A DNA stretch of 64,000 bases from Candidatus Iainarchaeum sp. (GTDB taxonomy: Archaea > Iainarchaeota > Iainarchaeia > Iainarchaeales > JAXPJC01), in assembly GCA_016187745.1 (NCBI GenBank), contig JACPJC010000005.1, forward strand, positions 1 through 64,000, in the 5' to 3' direction. Position numbers and translations under genes: made by a program. The first letter of the stretch is position 1. Every line of letters starts with the position of its first letter. The notes beneath the pieces were generated by a model. That model was not told the DNA's origin and did no database searches. It saw only the letters and a list, made by a program, of their open reading frames with translations. This document shows positions 27,457 to 35,633 of this stretch, one piece after another.

Positions 27457-27604
27457 CCCGAATTCCCCTTATTCTCTTTTTATCAAAAAAAGACATAAAA
27501 TTAACGCACTCAGCAAATAAAAACCTTTGCGTTTCATTTGAAATTCAGCGGAAATGTGCCCTCAAAATCATTATAAAGGGTTTTTCCCAAATCTTATGTA
27601 TAAA

Positions 27605-27654
27605 AGCCCCTTTTCTTTTTGAAAAAGAAAAGGCCCTTGGGTTCAAAAGAAAAA
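27605..27654 (+). repeat. Repeat family B copy (AGCCCCTTTTCTTTTTGAAAAAGAAAAGGCCCTTGGGTTCAAAAGAAAAA)
   Basis: Almost identical to the tRNA-Val intron core (16428-16377, minus strand). Confidence 0.85.
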
Positions 27655-27710
27655 CTGCCTTTTCCTATTGAAAATGGAAAGCCCGGGAAAAAGAAAAAAG
27701 GTTTCAGAAA

Positions 27711-28823
27711 ATGAGCAAAAATCTCAATGAGGTGATTGGCGAGGCTGTTGCAAGCATAAAGGGCACAGAGCAGAAGCGCAGGCTGTTTGCTGAAAAGCTT
27801 CTGGCCCTGAAAAATAAAAACCTTCACGAATTTGAAAGCAAGGAACTTATTGAGCGGAATCTTATTTTTCCATTGGAAATGCGCAAGCTAAACTGCACTG
27901 TTGCCGGAGTGGATTCCGGATTCCTCATGAAAAGCCTGCATGCCGCTGATATGCTCATACTGCGCACATGCGCCGCAATCTTCACATACGCCGGGAGCAA
28001 CCTCTCAAACGCGCAGTATTACCCCAACCTCTACTCCTTCCCGATTCCAGAATTGAACACAAAGGCCCTTGAGCGCGATGAGCTTTCCTGCAGCAAATCC
28101 CTGAAGCGCCTTTACGAGGAGGTAAAAATGGCAAAGGAGGTAATTGAAAGATTCTCCCCGCATTTCATGCTTATTGACGGCAGCATTATCCCCCAATACG
28201 CGGACAAGCCGCGCCCTGACTCCTGCGTGATTGACAATTACAAGGGGATAATAAACGAATTCCAGTCGCTTTACAAGGTTTCTGAAAAGCACAGCTGCGA
28301 GCTCATAGCGTGCGTAAAGGATTCCAGGGGCTCAAGGTTCAGGAGCATAATTCAGGAGGAAATACTCACAAATGAAAGGCTGATTGAGGCAGCAATGCTT
28401 GATGAGTGCTTTGACTCAAACCTCCTTGACTATCTCCTGAAAAAGGGCGAGCGCTCATTCGCATTTTCCTATACCAAAAGCATTTCCGAGCATCCTGTGC
28501 TGCATGATTTCTCCGAGGAATACGCGAAAAAAATATTCGCGTTTTACATGAAGCCGAGCGCGCTTGACCGCCCCCTAAGGGTAGAATTCCTGCACTCAAA
28601 TGGCGCGGATTTGACAAAGCACACGGACGAGATTGCGGGCGCGGTTTATGCGTTAAGTTCCCTGCACAGGGAGTTCGCCTATCCTTCGGTCCTTATAGAG
28701 GCGGACTTGCGCGCGCGCCTCAGGCCCGAGGAGGTTGAAACGGTTTACAACAAGATAATTGACAAGCTGGGAAGGAACTCCGCATTCATGGCGCTAAGGA
28801 GAAATTCAAGGCCATTTAAATAG
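27711..28823 (+). CDS. nurA: DNA double-strand break repair nuclease NurA
   Basis: VAGVDSG, LIDGSI, YPSVLIEAD; upstream of herA. Confidence 0.92.
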   Translation: MSKNLNEVIGEAVASIKGTEQKRRLFAEKLLALKNKNLHEFESKELIERNLIFPLEMRKLNCTVAGVDSGFLMKSLHAADMLILRTCAAIFTYAGSNLSNAQYYPNLYSFPIPELNTKALERDELSCSKSLKRLYEEVKMAKEVIERFSPHFMLIDGSIIPQYADKPRPDSCVIDNYKGIINEFQSLYKVSEKHSCELIACVKDSRGSRFRSIIQEEILTNERLIEAAMLDECFDSNLLDYLLKKGERSFAFSYTKSISEHPVLHDFSEEYAKKIFAFYMKPSALDRPLRVEFLHSNGADLTKHTDEIAGAVYALSSLHREFAYPSVLIEADLRARLRPEEVETVYNKIIDKLGRNSAFMALRRNSRPFK

Positions 28824-28861
28824 GGGCATGTTTTATAATTGATTGCAGGGGATGTTTTTAT

Positions 28862-29131
28862 ATGAAGGGACAGGTTTCAGACAGGATTTCAAAAATGCGC
28901 GAACTGCTTGAAAAGGCAAAAACAGCCACTTCAGCAAAAGATGCAAAAACACTTGCACGGGCCATCCGGGCGCACAAGGCCTATATGCAGGGGCTTTCGG
29001 CAAAATACGGGAACCTCCAACTGAATTACACACACCTTGACAATGCGCTGGCAAAATTGAATTTAATAATGCAACAAGCCAATAAAAACAAACCGCTGGT
29101 TTCCGCCCGCAGGAAACCAATAATAAAATAG
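28862..29131 (+). CDS. Basic orphan inserted in the nurA-herA operon
   Basis: 89 aa, ends SARRKPIIK. Confidence 0.6.
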   Translation: MKGQVSDRISKMRELLEKAKTATSAKDAKTLARAIRAHKAYMQGLSAKYGNLQLNYTHLDNALAKLNLIMQQANKNKPLVSARRKPIIK

Positions 29132-29173
29132 CAAGGCGCGGCAAAGCGGATTATAGGTTCAGGAGGCTGGAAA

Positions 29174-29440
29174 ATGGAAGTAATAAAAAAATCATGGCCT
29201 GAGTTTTTCTCCAGGCACAAATCAGGGAAGCGCTGTTCTGAAGTAAGGCTCGCAGACTTTGACCTGCGCTCCGGGGACACTATGCTGCTGAAGGAATTCA
29301 GCCCCAAAACTCGGAAATTCACAGGAAGGGAAGCGCGCAGGAAATGCAAAGCGGTTCAGAAATTCAGCCCGCTCAAGCACTACACAATGGCGCAGCTGAA
29401 AAAGCACGGCCTTTATGTCATTGAATTTGAAAAGGGATGA
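29174..29440 (+). CDS. DUF3850/ASCH-like protein
   Basis: KKSWPEFF, GKRCSEVRLADFD, GD.MLLKEF, FTGR. Confidence 0.8.
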   Translation: MEVIKKSWPEFFSRHKSGKRCSEVRLADFDLRSGDTMLLKEFSPKTRKFTGREARRKCKAVQKFSPLKHYTMAQLKKHGLYVIEFEKG

Positions 29441-30996
29441 AGTGGATTAAAATGCAGCAGGGCGATCTGGGAACGGTAATTTCAACGCTTGAGGGCCCTT
29501 CCCCCGGAAATGTTGATTTTGTAGTTAATATTCCTGAAATGGTCCTGCACAGGGGGCAGTTTGTTGAGATGTCCTATTCCGAGGGAACGCTCATCGCAAT
29601 GATTGTGGATTTGCTAAAAACAAACCGCTATTTCGAGCGCGCTGATTCTGTGAAGGAATTCGAGGCTTCCGGAAAAAAAATGCTCGATGTTTTCCCAACC
29701 GCAGAATGGGAATATCTCATTGCAAGGACAAAACCGCTCGGGGTTTTCAGCCCTGATGGGAAAGTAAAGCGCGCAACCTCCCCAATAAGCCCCGGCACGA
29801 AAGTAAGGCTTGCGGGGAATGAGAAGCTGCATAAATTTTTGGGATTTGATTCTGAGAGCGGCCTGCACATTGGAAATGTAGAATTCCATGACCTTCCGGT
29901 AAGCCTGAATCTCTCGAAATTGTTCCAGAAGCACCTTGCAATTCTGGCAATGAGCGGCGCGGGAAAGTCGTACCTGGTTTCAGTCCTCATAGAAGAACTG
30001 CTCAAAAGGAAAAAGGAATCCGGAAGGCCCGCGGCGCTTATTTTCGATGTCCATGGCGAATACACAAATTTCGGGGAGGCAATAACAGATTCAAAGCACG
30101 AGGATTATTCCAACAAGACAAAAGTTGTAAAGGCGCGCGACATAAGGATAGGGGTTCCGAAGCTCTCAGCTGCAATCCTCAATTCAATAATCCCTGATCT
30201 GAGCTCAGCGCAAGTGAGGGATGTCGCAAGAATCATAGAGCAGTTGCGCAGGAACATGCAGGCAACAGGCCCGTTTGATTTCAGGGACGTGAGGAATGCA
30301 ATTTCCGCTGATTCGGAAATAAAGGACAGCACAAAGGCTGCTCTAATAGGCTGGCTTTCAGGCCTGGAATACCTGAACCTGTTCGCAAGGACTGACGCGC
30401 CAAGCATAACTGATTTGATTGCGCCCGGGGAACTTACAGTAATTGATTTTTCGGATATTGTGAACCAGCGCAAGAAGCAGATAATTGTGAGCTATTTCCT
30501 GCGCAGGCTCTTTGATTCCAGGAGAAGCAAGCGCATCCCGCCATTTGTTGCTGTAATTGAGGAGGCGCACCAGTTCGCCCCCGCAATGGCAAAAGAGGAA
30601 AGCGCAGTCTCAAAGGGGATAATTGAAACAATTGCGCGCGAGGGAAGAAAGTTTGGGGCAAGCGTCTGCTTAATTTCCCAAAGGCCGAAAAGGCTCAGCA
30701 CAACAGCGCTTAGCCAGGCAAATACGCACATCATACTGCGCATCACAAATCCCTATGACCTGAAGCACATTGGTGAAAGTTCCGAGGGATTGGACCAGCG
30801 CAGCCAGGACATGATTTCCTCGCAGAGAGTAGGAGAAGCGCTAATTGTGGGAGAGGCAACAAATTACCCTGTTTTTGTGAAAATAAGGGAGCGCAAATCC
30901 CTCGAATCAAGCCATGAGGTTCCTCTCGAAAAGGCAGCGCTTGATTTTGAGGCGCGCAAGGAAAAAGCAGGCGAGGAAACCGAGGAGTTTTTATAA
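29437..30996 (+). CDS. herA: HerA helicase/ATPase
   Basis: HAS barrel, HLAILAMSGAGKS, IEEAHQF, REGRKFG, SQRP. Confidence 0.95.
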   Translation: MKWIKMQQGDLGTVISTLEGPSPGNVDFVVNIPEMVLHRGQFVEMSYSEGTLIAMIVDLLKTNRYFERADSVKEFEASGKKMLDVFPTAEWEYLIARTKPLGVFSPDGKVKRATSPISPGTKVRLAGNEKLHKFLGFDSESGLHIGNVEFHDLPVSLNLSKLFQKHLAILAMSGAGKSYLVSVLIEELLKRKKESGRPAALIFDVHGEYTNFGEAITDSKHEDYSNKTKVVKARDIRIGVPKLSAAILNSIIPDLSSAQVRDVARIIEQLRRNMQATGPFDFRDVRNAISADSEIKDSTKAALIGWLSGLEYLNLFARTDAPSITDLIAPGELTVIDFSDIVNQRKKQIIVSYFLRRLFDSRRSKRIPPFVAVIEEAHQFAPAMAKEESAVSKGIIETIAREGRKFGASVCLISQRPKRLSTTALSQANTHIILRITNPYDLKHIGESSEGLDQRSQDMISSQRVGEALIVGEATNYPVFVKIRERKSLESSHEVPLEKAALDFEARKEKAGEETEEFL

Positions 30997-31029
30997 GATT
31001 CAAAGAATTTTATTTAACCTAAAAGTGCT

Positions 31030-31574
31030 CTACTTATTTGTCTTGCCATAAGCAAGTTGAAGAATGAGTTTTAATTTAGCTAGAGACCCAGACATATTTG
31101 CAGCCACTGACCCAACAAATCGTTTATGGTCTTCAAGGTCTAGCGCTCCGGGGTACTTGTGTTGAGATAATTCCCAAAAGAAGTAGCAATAAAATCGAAA
31201 TCCACAGCAGATTCTCTAAGGAGTATTATGTCTTCTAACAAACTATTGGCATTTTTTGCAGTTATTCCTAAATTTTTCAAATATTCTGGCGCACCTTTTT
31301 TTAATATTAATTTACTTTTTCCCTTATCATAAGATAGTAACATTTTTCTATCCAATAATTGTTTTAGCCGTTTTAGCTGCTCCTTTTCTTTAGGTGGTAT
31401 ATCATATCTCATCTCATCCAGACGCCGCCGTAAAAGCCAGTTCTCAACAAAAGTTCTCTGTTTTTGGGTTCCAAACTCCATTCTTGCCTCATTGCCCCAC
31501 GTACCTTTAATTTTTCTATACAATGATTCATTCCCGCCGGGTCTTTTATTTCTTACCTGCACTTTTTCAAGCAT
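31030..31574 (-). pseudogene. Orphan ORF (31140-31574), probably frameshifted, with an alternative-frame continuation to 31030
   Basis: A shifted frame reads ...QHKYPGALDLEDHKRFVGSVAANMSGSLAKLKLILQLAYGKTNK* and fills the gap to herA. Confidence 0.45.
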
Positions 31575-31624
31575 ATTATTTTTAGGTTCCCATCATTTTA
31601 AATTTATTGCTAGTAGATTCTGAG

Positions 31625-32632
31625 CTACTCAGCAAGCCTTTTCTTCAGATATGCGATTTTTGGCACCGGCTCGGGGTCTTTTCCATTCAGCAGCGCCAGA
31701 TAGCAGGAAGCCAGCTCATCAATGAAAATCACATAATACATCCTTGCAAGAAGCGAATTTCCCTTTGCAAAAATCTCAATCTGTTTGCCGTAATCCTTCA
31801 GGACGTCTTTTGTTATTTCAAATCTCTTCGCAATTTTCGCATCTTCGTTCCCGGAGCGCAGGAAAACAAAAGCAGTATTTTCAGGAAAAATCTCAGAGTT
31901 GATTTCATTGTGGTTCATTTCAGGAATTTCCTGGAAATGCGCAAGCGTCTTGCTGTTCTCATTAAGCTCGCAAACCCACCTGTATGCTGCAGAATCCATT
32001 TCATCGCCTGCATAAATTATTGGGAATTTTCCCTTAAGTTCGGCTGCAGCATCCCTTGCAATTTCATCAATTTCATTTCTGCTTTCTTCCAGCAATGAAA
32101 GCATCTCATTGTAGCTGTTCTCCTGATTTTTAATCAAGCCAAGTTTTTCGAATATTGGGATCATTGGAAGCGTAAGGAAAGGAACTGCCATGCGGGGCTG
32201 CGGCGCATCCCTTGGAAGGGCAATTCTATATTTTCCCAAGTCTTTCAACTTTCCGCCAGAAGCAAGCCCAACAACTAGGCAGTTTCTCTTCAGCGCCTCT
32301 TCCATGCATGCGAGTGTTTCCTCAGTATTCCCGGAATAGCTTACAGCAAAAACAAGCGTGTTCTCATCTGCATATTTCGGCAGGGAATAGCTGTGATAAG
32401 CCTCTATTGGAATAGCGAGTTCAGTTTTCAACAAGTTTTTCAATATGTGCCCACCGATTCCGCTTCCGCCCATTCCGCTTACAATAATGTTGCTGATTTT
32501 CCTGCCATCATTAATTTCAAGCCTTCTGCCAAGCTCCAATGCATTTCTGCATTGCTCCGGAAATGTCTTAAGAAAGCCAAGCGCATTGCTCTTGTCAAGC
32601 TCTTCGGCAAGTTTTGAAAAATCAGGCCCCAT
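31625..32632 (-). CDS. Bifunctional phosphoglucose/phosphomannose isomerase
   Basis: GMGGSG, SYSGNTEET, QPR, ENSK, PEMNHNE. Confidence 0.95.
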   Translation of the reverse strand: MGPDFSKLAEELDKSNALGFLKTFPEQCRNALELGRRLEINDGRKISNIIVSGMGGSGIGGHILKNLLKTELAIPIEAYHSYSLPKYADENTLVFAVSYSGNTEETLACMEEALKRNCLVVGLASGGKLKDLGKYRIALPRDAPQPRMAVPFLTLPMIPIFEKLGLIKNQENSYNEMLSLLEESRNEIDEIARDAAAELKGKFPIIYAGDEMDSAAYRWVCELNENSKTLAHFQEIPEMNHNEINSEIFPENTAFVFLRSGNEDAKIAKRFEITKDVLKDYGKQIEIFAKGNSLLARMYYVIFIDELASCYLALLNGKDPEPVPKIAYLKKRLAE

Positions 32633-32692
32633 GGTAAAAACAACGCGCTCCCTTGGTTAAAAAGTATTTTGGTTCAAAATTGCCAAGCAACT

Positions 32693-32726
32693 TTCACCGG
32701 CGGAATGCCCCCGAAAGCGTTTATAA
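32693..32726 (+). promoter_or_regulatory. Repeat family C with BRE (CGAAA) and TATA (TTTATAA) upstream of the PIN gene
   Basis: TTCACCGGCGGAATGCCCCCGAAAGCGTTTATAA, ending 22 nt before ATG 32749. Confidence 0.75.
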
Positions 32727-32748
32727 TCCCGCCTGCGGAAGTTCCTTC

Positions 32749-33174
32749 ATGGAGCAATTGATTTACATTGACACAAACGTCTGGATTGATTTCTGGGAAG
32801 ACCGCAGGGACAATGTCAGGCCGCTCGGCGAGTTTGCGTTTCAGCTGCTGAAAAAGGCATATGAGTGCAAATACCGCATAATTGTTTCAGGGCTAGTTAT
32901 AGATGAATTGGATTTGTTCTACTCAAAAGAGACTATTATTGAAATTATGAAGAATTTGAGAGCTTCAGGAAAATATCAACCTCTCAAAGTTTTGGAGCAA
33001 GACAGATTGCAAGCGGAAGAGACTGCAAAGGAGACGGGAACAAGCTATAATGATGCGCTTCATGCAATATTGGCCAATAGAGCTAATGCTGACTATTTGG
33101 TTACAAGGAACTTGAAGGATTTTGAGAGGCTTTCTGATTTAAATAAAACCGTGCTCCCTGAGAATCTGCTCTGA
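32749..33174 (+). CDS. PIN-domain (VapC-like) toxin
   Basis: YIDTNVWID, E, DALHA, LVTRNLKDF. Start trimmed to MEQLI. Confidence 0.92.
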   Translation: MEQLIYIDTNVWIDFWEDRRDNVRPLGEFAFQLLKKAYECKYRIIVSGLVIDELDLFYSKETIIEIMKNLRASGKYQPLKVLEQDRLQAEETAKETGTSYNDALHAILANRANADYLVTRNLKDFERLSDLNKTVLPENLL

Positions 33175-33426
33175 CCTTTCCGGCGTGTGCGCCCTTGCAA
33201 TCTTTTCCCTGATTTCCGGGGTCAATCCCTTGCCCTTCCCCCTGAGCATTCCGCGCTGCTTAGGAAGGTTTTCAAGCGCCTTTCTCCTGTAATATTCTGT
33301 TATGATGCCCCTTATTCCTTCCCTCACAAGCTCCGCCTGGTTGCTGAACAGCCCCGAATGTATTAATTCATCCATGCTGCTTTTCAGTTCAGCGCCAATT
33401 CTTATGTGGATTAAACTATTTGCCAT
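33139..33426 (-). CDS. Ribbon-helix-helix (CopG-like) antitoxin
   Basis: IHIRI...MDELIHSGLFSNQAELVREGIR. Confidence 0.85.
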   Translation of the reverse strand: MANSLIHIRIGAELKSSMDELIHSGLFSNQAELVREGIRGIITEYYRRKALENLPKQRGMLRGKGKGLTPEIREKIARAHTPERSEQILREHGFI

Positions 33427-33443
33427 TTTCTCCCATAACTAGG

Positions 33444-33471
33444 TATATCATAACAGTATAAAAATGATATA
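33444..33471. promoter_or_regulatory. Inverted repeat TATATCAT-N12-ATGATATA flanking the TATA box of the RHH gene
   Basis: Perfect 8-bp arms around minus-strand TTTTATA; likely autoregulatory operator. Confidence 0.6.
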
Positions 33472-33477
33472 GCCAGT

Positions 33478-33521
33478 TTCACCGGCGGAATGGTCCCGAA
33501 AGTGTTTATAAAGGCCTGAAA
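33478..33521 (+). promoter_or_regulatory. Repeat family C with BRE/TATA upstream of the PolB-like gene
   Basis: TTCACCGGCGGAATGGTCCCGAAAGTGTTTATAAAGGCCTGAAA; ATG at 33534. Confidence 0.78.
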
Positions 33522-33533
33522 CAAGCTTCTTCC

Positions 33534-35117
33534 ATGGACTCCCTAACTCCCAATATAAGGGTGCCCGTGTCATTATCCGCCCCGGGCAAGAATGCAATTT
33601 CCAATGCTGTGCTGTATTTGTCCAATGCAGCCTATCTCCCGGAAAGGCAGGAGGTAGTTATTGAATTTTCCAACCGCGCGCAGAAAATTACAAGGCCGTT
33701 TTATTTCCTCCCATGCATGCACGTAAACCCGAACGGAAGCAGGGAGTTGCTCATCGAGCTTCTTTCAGCATATGAGAACAAGAAAATAAAATTCGGGGAA
33801 TGCGGAAATAAAATAATCAGGATTACGGCAGCAACTTTCGCTGACCTGCAGAAGGCAGCAGTTATGCTCCAATCAACCCTGCAGTTAAGCCCGGTAATAA
33901 TTTCCCCTGAAAGGCAGTTTTTGCTCCAGATGGGCTGGAGCTATTTTGATGCCTTTGTTTTTCCTTCCAATGAGCCTGAAAAAATTGAAGTGCCCTCAAT
34001 TCCCAATGTGAAATTTGAATTCCTGCATGATTCCACAAGGCGCATTTTCTCCTCAATGCTTAATGAGGAAAAGGCTGTTGCCTCAGGCCTTGCTGAAGCC
34101 CTGGTAAAGTCAAACATGCTCACGCTTCCAATAAACGCGCTTCCCGAAACAAAGCAGGAGATTGCCGAGGCCTGGCTTGAAAAAATATTCTTCAAACATG
34201 GCTTTGCGCTTTCCGAAGCGCACATCCCGAAAGCGCCATTCGCGGAAAGCCGGCAGAAGGGCTTCCATTCGAAGGACGCACTAATGGAAGTGAATTTCTC
34301 AGAGGTATGGCCCCTGCTTATTACAAAATCATTCTTCAACCTGGGCTTTGAAACGCTCAATTGCGCATGCTGCGCGCCGGAAAATCTCCAATCCGGAAAT
34401 TTATTTCCGAATTCGCCCGTGAATGTGAAATTCCTCGCGCACGCCAACTATTTTGAATCCATATCAGAGAGCTTCGCCCTTAACTATCATATTTCCAATC
34501 CGAACAGGGACTCAAGGATTGCAAGGATGCAGGAATTCTGCCTGCAGGCAATTCCTGTCGGGCCAACAACAAAGGACAGGGAAATGCTTATTCCCCTGCA
34601 TGACGCAAAGCAGCTGCAGGATGAAAAGTCCGCGCAGATAATGCCCTCAGGCCATAAACTTCTCTGGGGCTGCAGGAAAAAGGAGAGCTTCCTCTCTCTG
34701 GAAATTTCAGAATTGCACAAAAAGATTGCAGGGCTGGAAGCGCTTATTGCGGAAATTGAGAAAAGGCATTCGGAAAAATTCGGCCTGAACTGCTTTGCCG
34801 AACTGGAAAAAAACGAGAAATACAATTACGCCCTGCAGAAGCTTTCCTGCCTCAAGGCTCTTTTCACATATCTGCCCCGGCATCTCGGGTGCAGGAGCTC
34901 AAGGTTTTATTCGGAAACCATTGCGGATTCCCTGCAGGCAATAGAGAAAAGCGTGATGCTCGGCTTCAGGGAGTTTACCTCGGCGCAAGGCATAAGGTGC
35001 TTCGCATTCCGGAACAAGGCGTTCATTGAAGGCAAGGAGGCGCTTGCCATCGCAAAGGGATTTTCGGGCCTTGCAAGCCTTCCCGAGCCCTCAATCGGCA
35101 AGAGGCACGATTTTTAA
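33534..35117 (+). CDS. Inactivated family B DNA polymerase derivative
   Basis: VNFSEVWP...NLGFETLNCACC corresponds to motif A (DFxSLYP...NISPETLNCECC); LKALFTYLPRHLGCRSSRFY to motif B; FAFRNK replaces YxDTD. Confidence 0.75.
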   Translation: MDSLTPNIRVPVSLSAPGKNAISNAVLYLSNAAYLPERQEVVIEFSNRAQKITRPFYFLPCMHVNPNGSRELLIELLSAYENKKIKFGECGNKIIRITAATFADLQKAAVMLQSTLQLSPVIISPERQFLLQMGWSYFDAFVFPSNEPEKIEVPSIPNVKFEFLHDSTRRIFSSMLNEEKAVASGLAEALVKSNMLTLPINALPETKQEIAEAWLEKIFFKHGFALSEAHIPKAPFAESRQKGFHSKDALMEVNFSEVWPLLITKSFFNLGFETLNCACCAPENLQSGNLFPNSPVNVKFLAHANYFESISESFALNYHISNPNRDSRIARMQEFCLQAIPVGPTTKDREMLIPLHDAKQLQDEKSAQIMPSGHKLLWGCRKKESFLSLEISELHKKIAGLEALIAEIEKRHSEKFGLNCFAELEKNEKYNYALQKLSCLKALFTYLPRHLGCRSSRFYSETIADSLQAIEKSVMLGFREFTSAQGIRCFAFRNKAFIEGKEALAIAKGFSGLASLPEPSIGKRHDF

Positions 35118-35157
35118 AGGTTTTTATAGCTATTCTTAATATTCATTCTGGCTATTT

Positions 35158-35373
35158 GTGGTTGATATGGAAAAGCTTACTAGATTTGAGGTTACAAGGC
35201 TCATTTCAGCAAGGGCGCTGCAGCTCTCCCTCGGGGCAAGCCCATTAATTGAGCAGGAAAAGGGCGTATCGCTGTACGAGCTTGCGAAACTTGAGCTTGA
35301 GAAGAAAGTGCTTCCGCTTGCGGTAATGCGCGCCTATCCCAACGGGGAAATAAGGCGCATAGATGTGAGCTGA
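35158..35373 (+). CDS. rpoK: RNA polymerase subunit K (Rpo6)
   Basis: LTRFEVTRLISARALQLSLGA. Confidence 0.96.
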   Translation: MVDMEKLTRFEVTRLISARALQLSLGASPLIEQEKGVSLYELAKLELEKKVLPLAVMRAYPNGEIRRIDVS

Positions 35374-35390
35374 TTTTAGGGAGTGAAAAA

Positions 35391-35585
35391 ATGGGAAAGG
35401 CAGTTCCAAAAAACCTGAAATCGCGCGCGTCCATACTGATTAAGGAATTCCCCGACAAATTCACAATAGATTTTGACAAGAACAAGCAGTTCCTCAATTC
35501 ACTGCAGCTTCCATTCACAAACGAAGTAAGGAATCTCATTGCGGGTTACATAACAAGAAAGGTCAAGCAGAAGCACGCTTCATAA
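35391..35585 (+). CDS. rps17e: 30S ribosomal protein S17e
   Basis: FTIDFDKNK, RNLIAGYITR. Confidence 0.96.
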   Translation: MGKAVPKNLKSRASILIKEFPDKFTIDFDKNKQFLNSLQLPFTNEVRNLIAGYITRKVKQKHAS

Positions 35586-35627
35586 ATCAGAAACCTTAGG
35601 TTTCCTCAAACTTCCTCTCTTCCAAAA
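35586..35627 (+). repeat. Repeat family A copy between convergent rps17e and rad50
   Basis: ATCAGAAACCTTAGGTTTCCTCAAACTTCCTCTCTTCC. Confidence 0.7.
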
Positions 35628-35633
35628 CATCCT

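Noticed and set aside
27465-27500. Possible degenerate family B copy (CCCCTTATTCTCTTTTTATCAAAAAAAGA)
   Set aside because: Low complexity with a poor stem; cannot be separated from chance by eye.
27594-27827. 77-aa minus-strand ORF
   Set aside because: Antisense to the nurA start and translates the family B repeat.
32653-32748. N-terminal extension of the PIN ORF
   Set aside because: It spans the BRE/TATA promoter; the PIN domain starts at ATG 32749.
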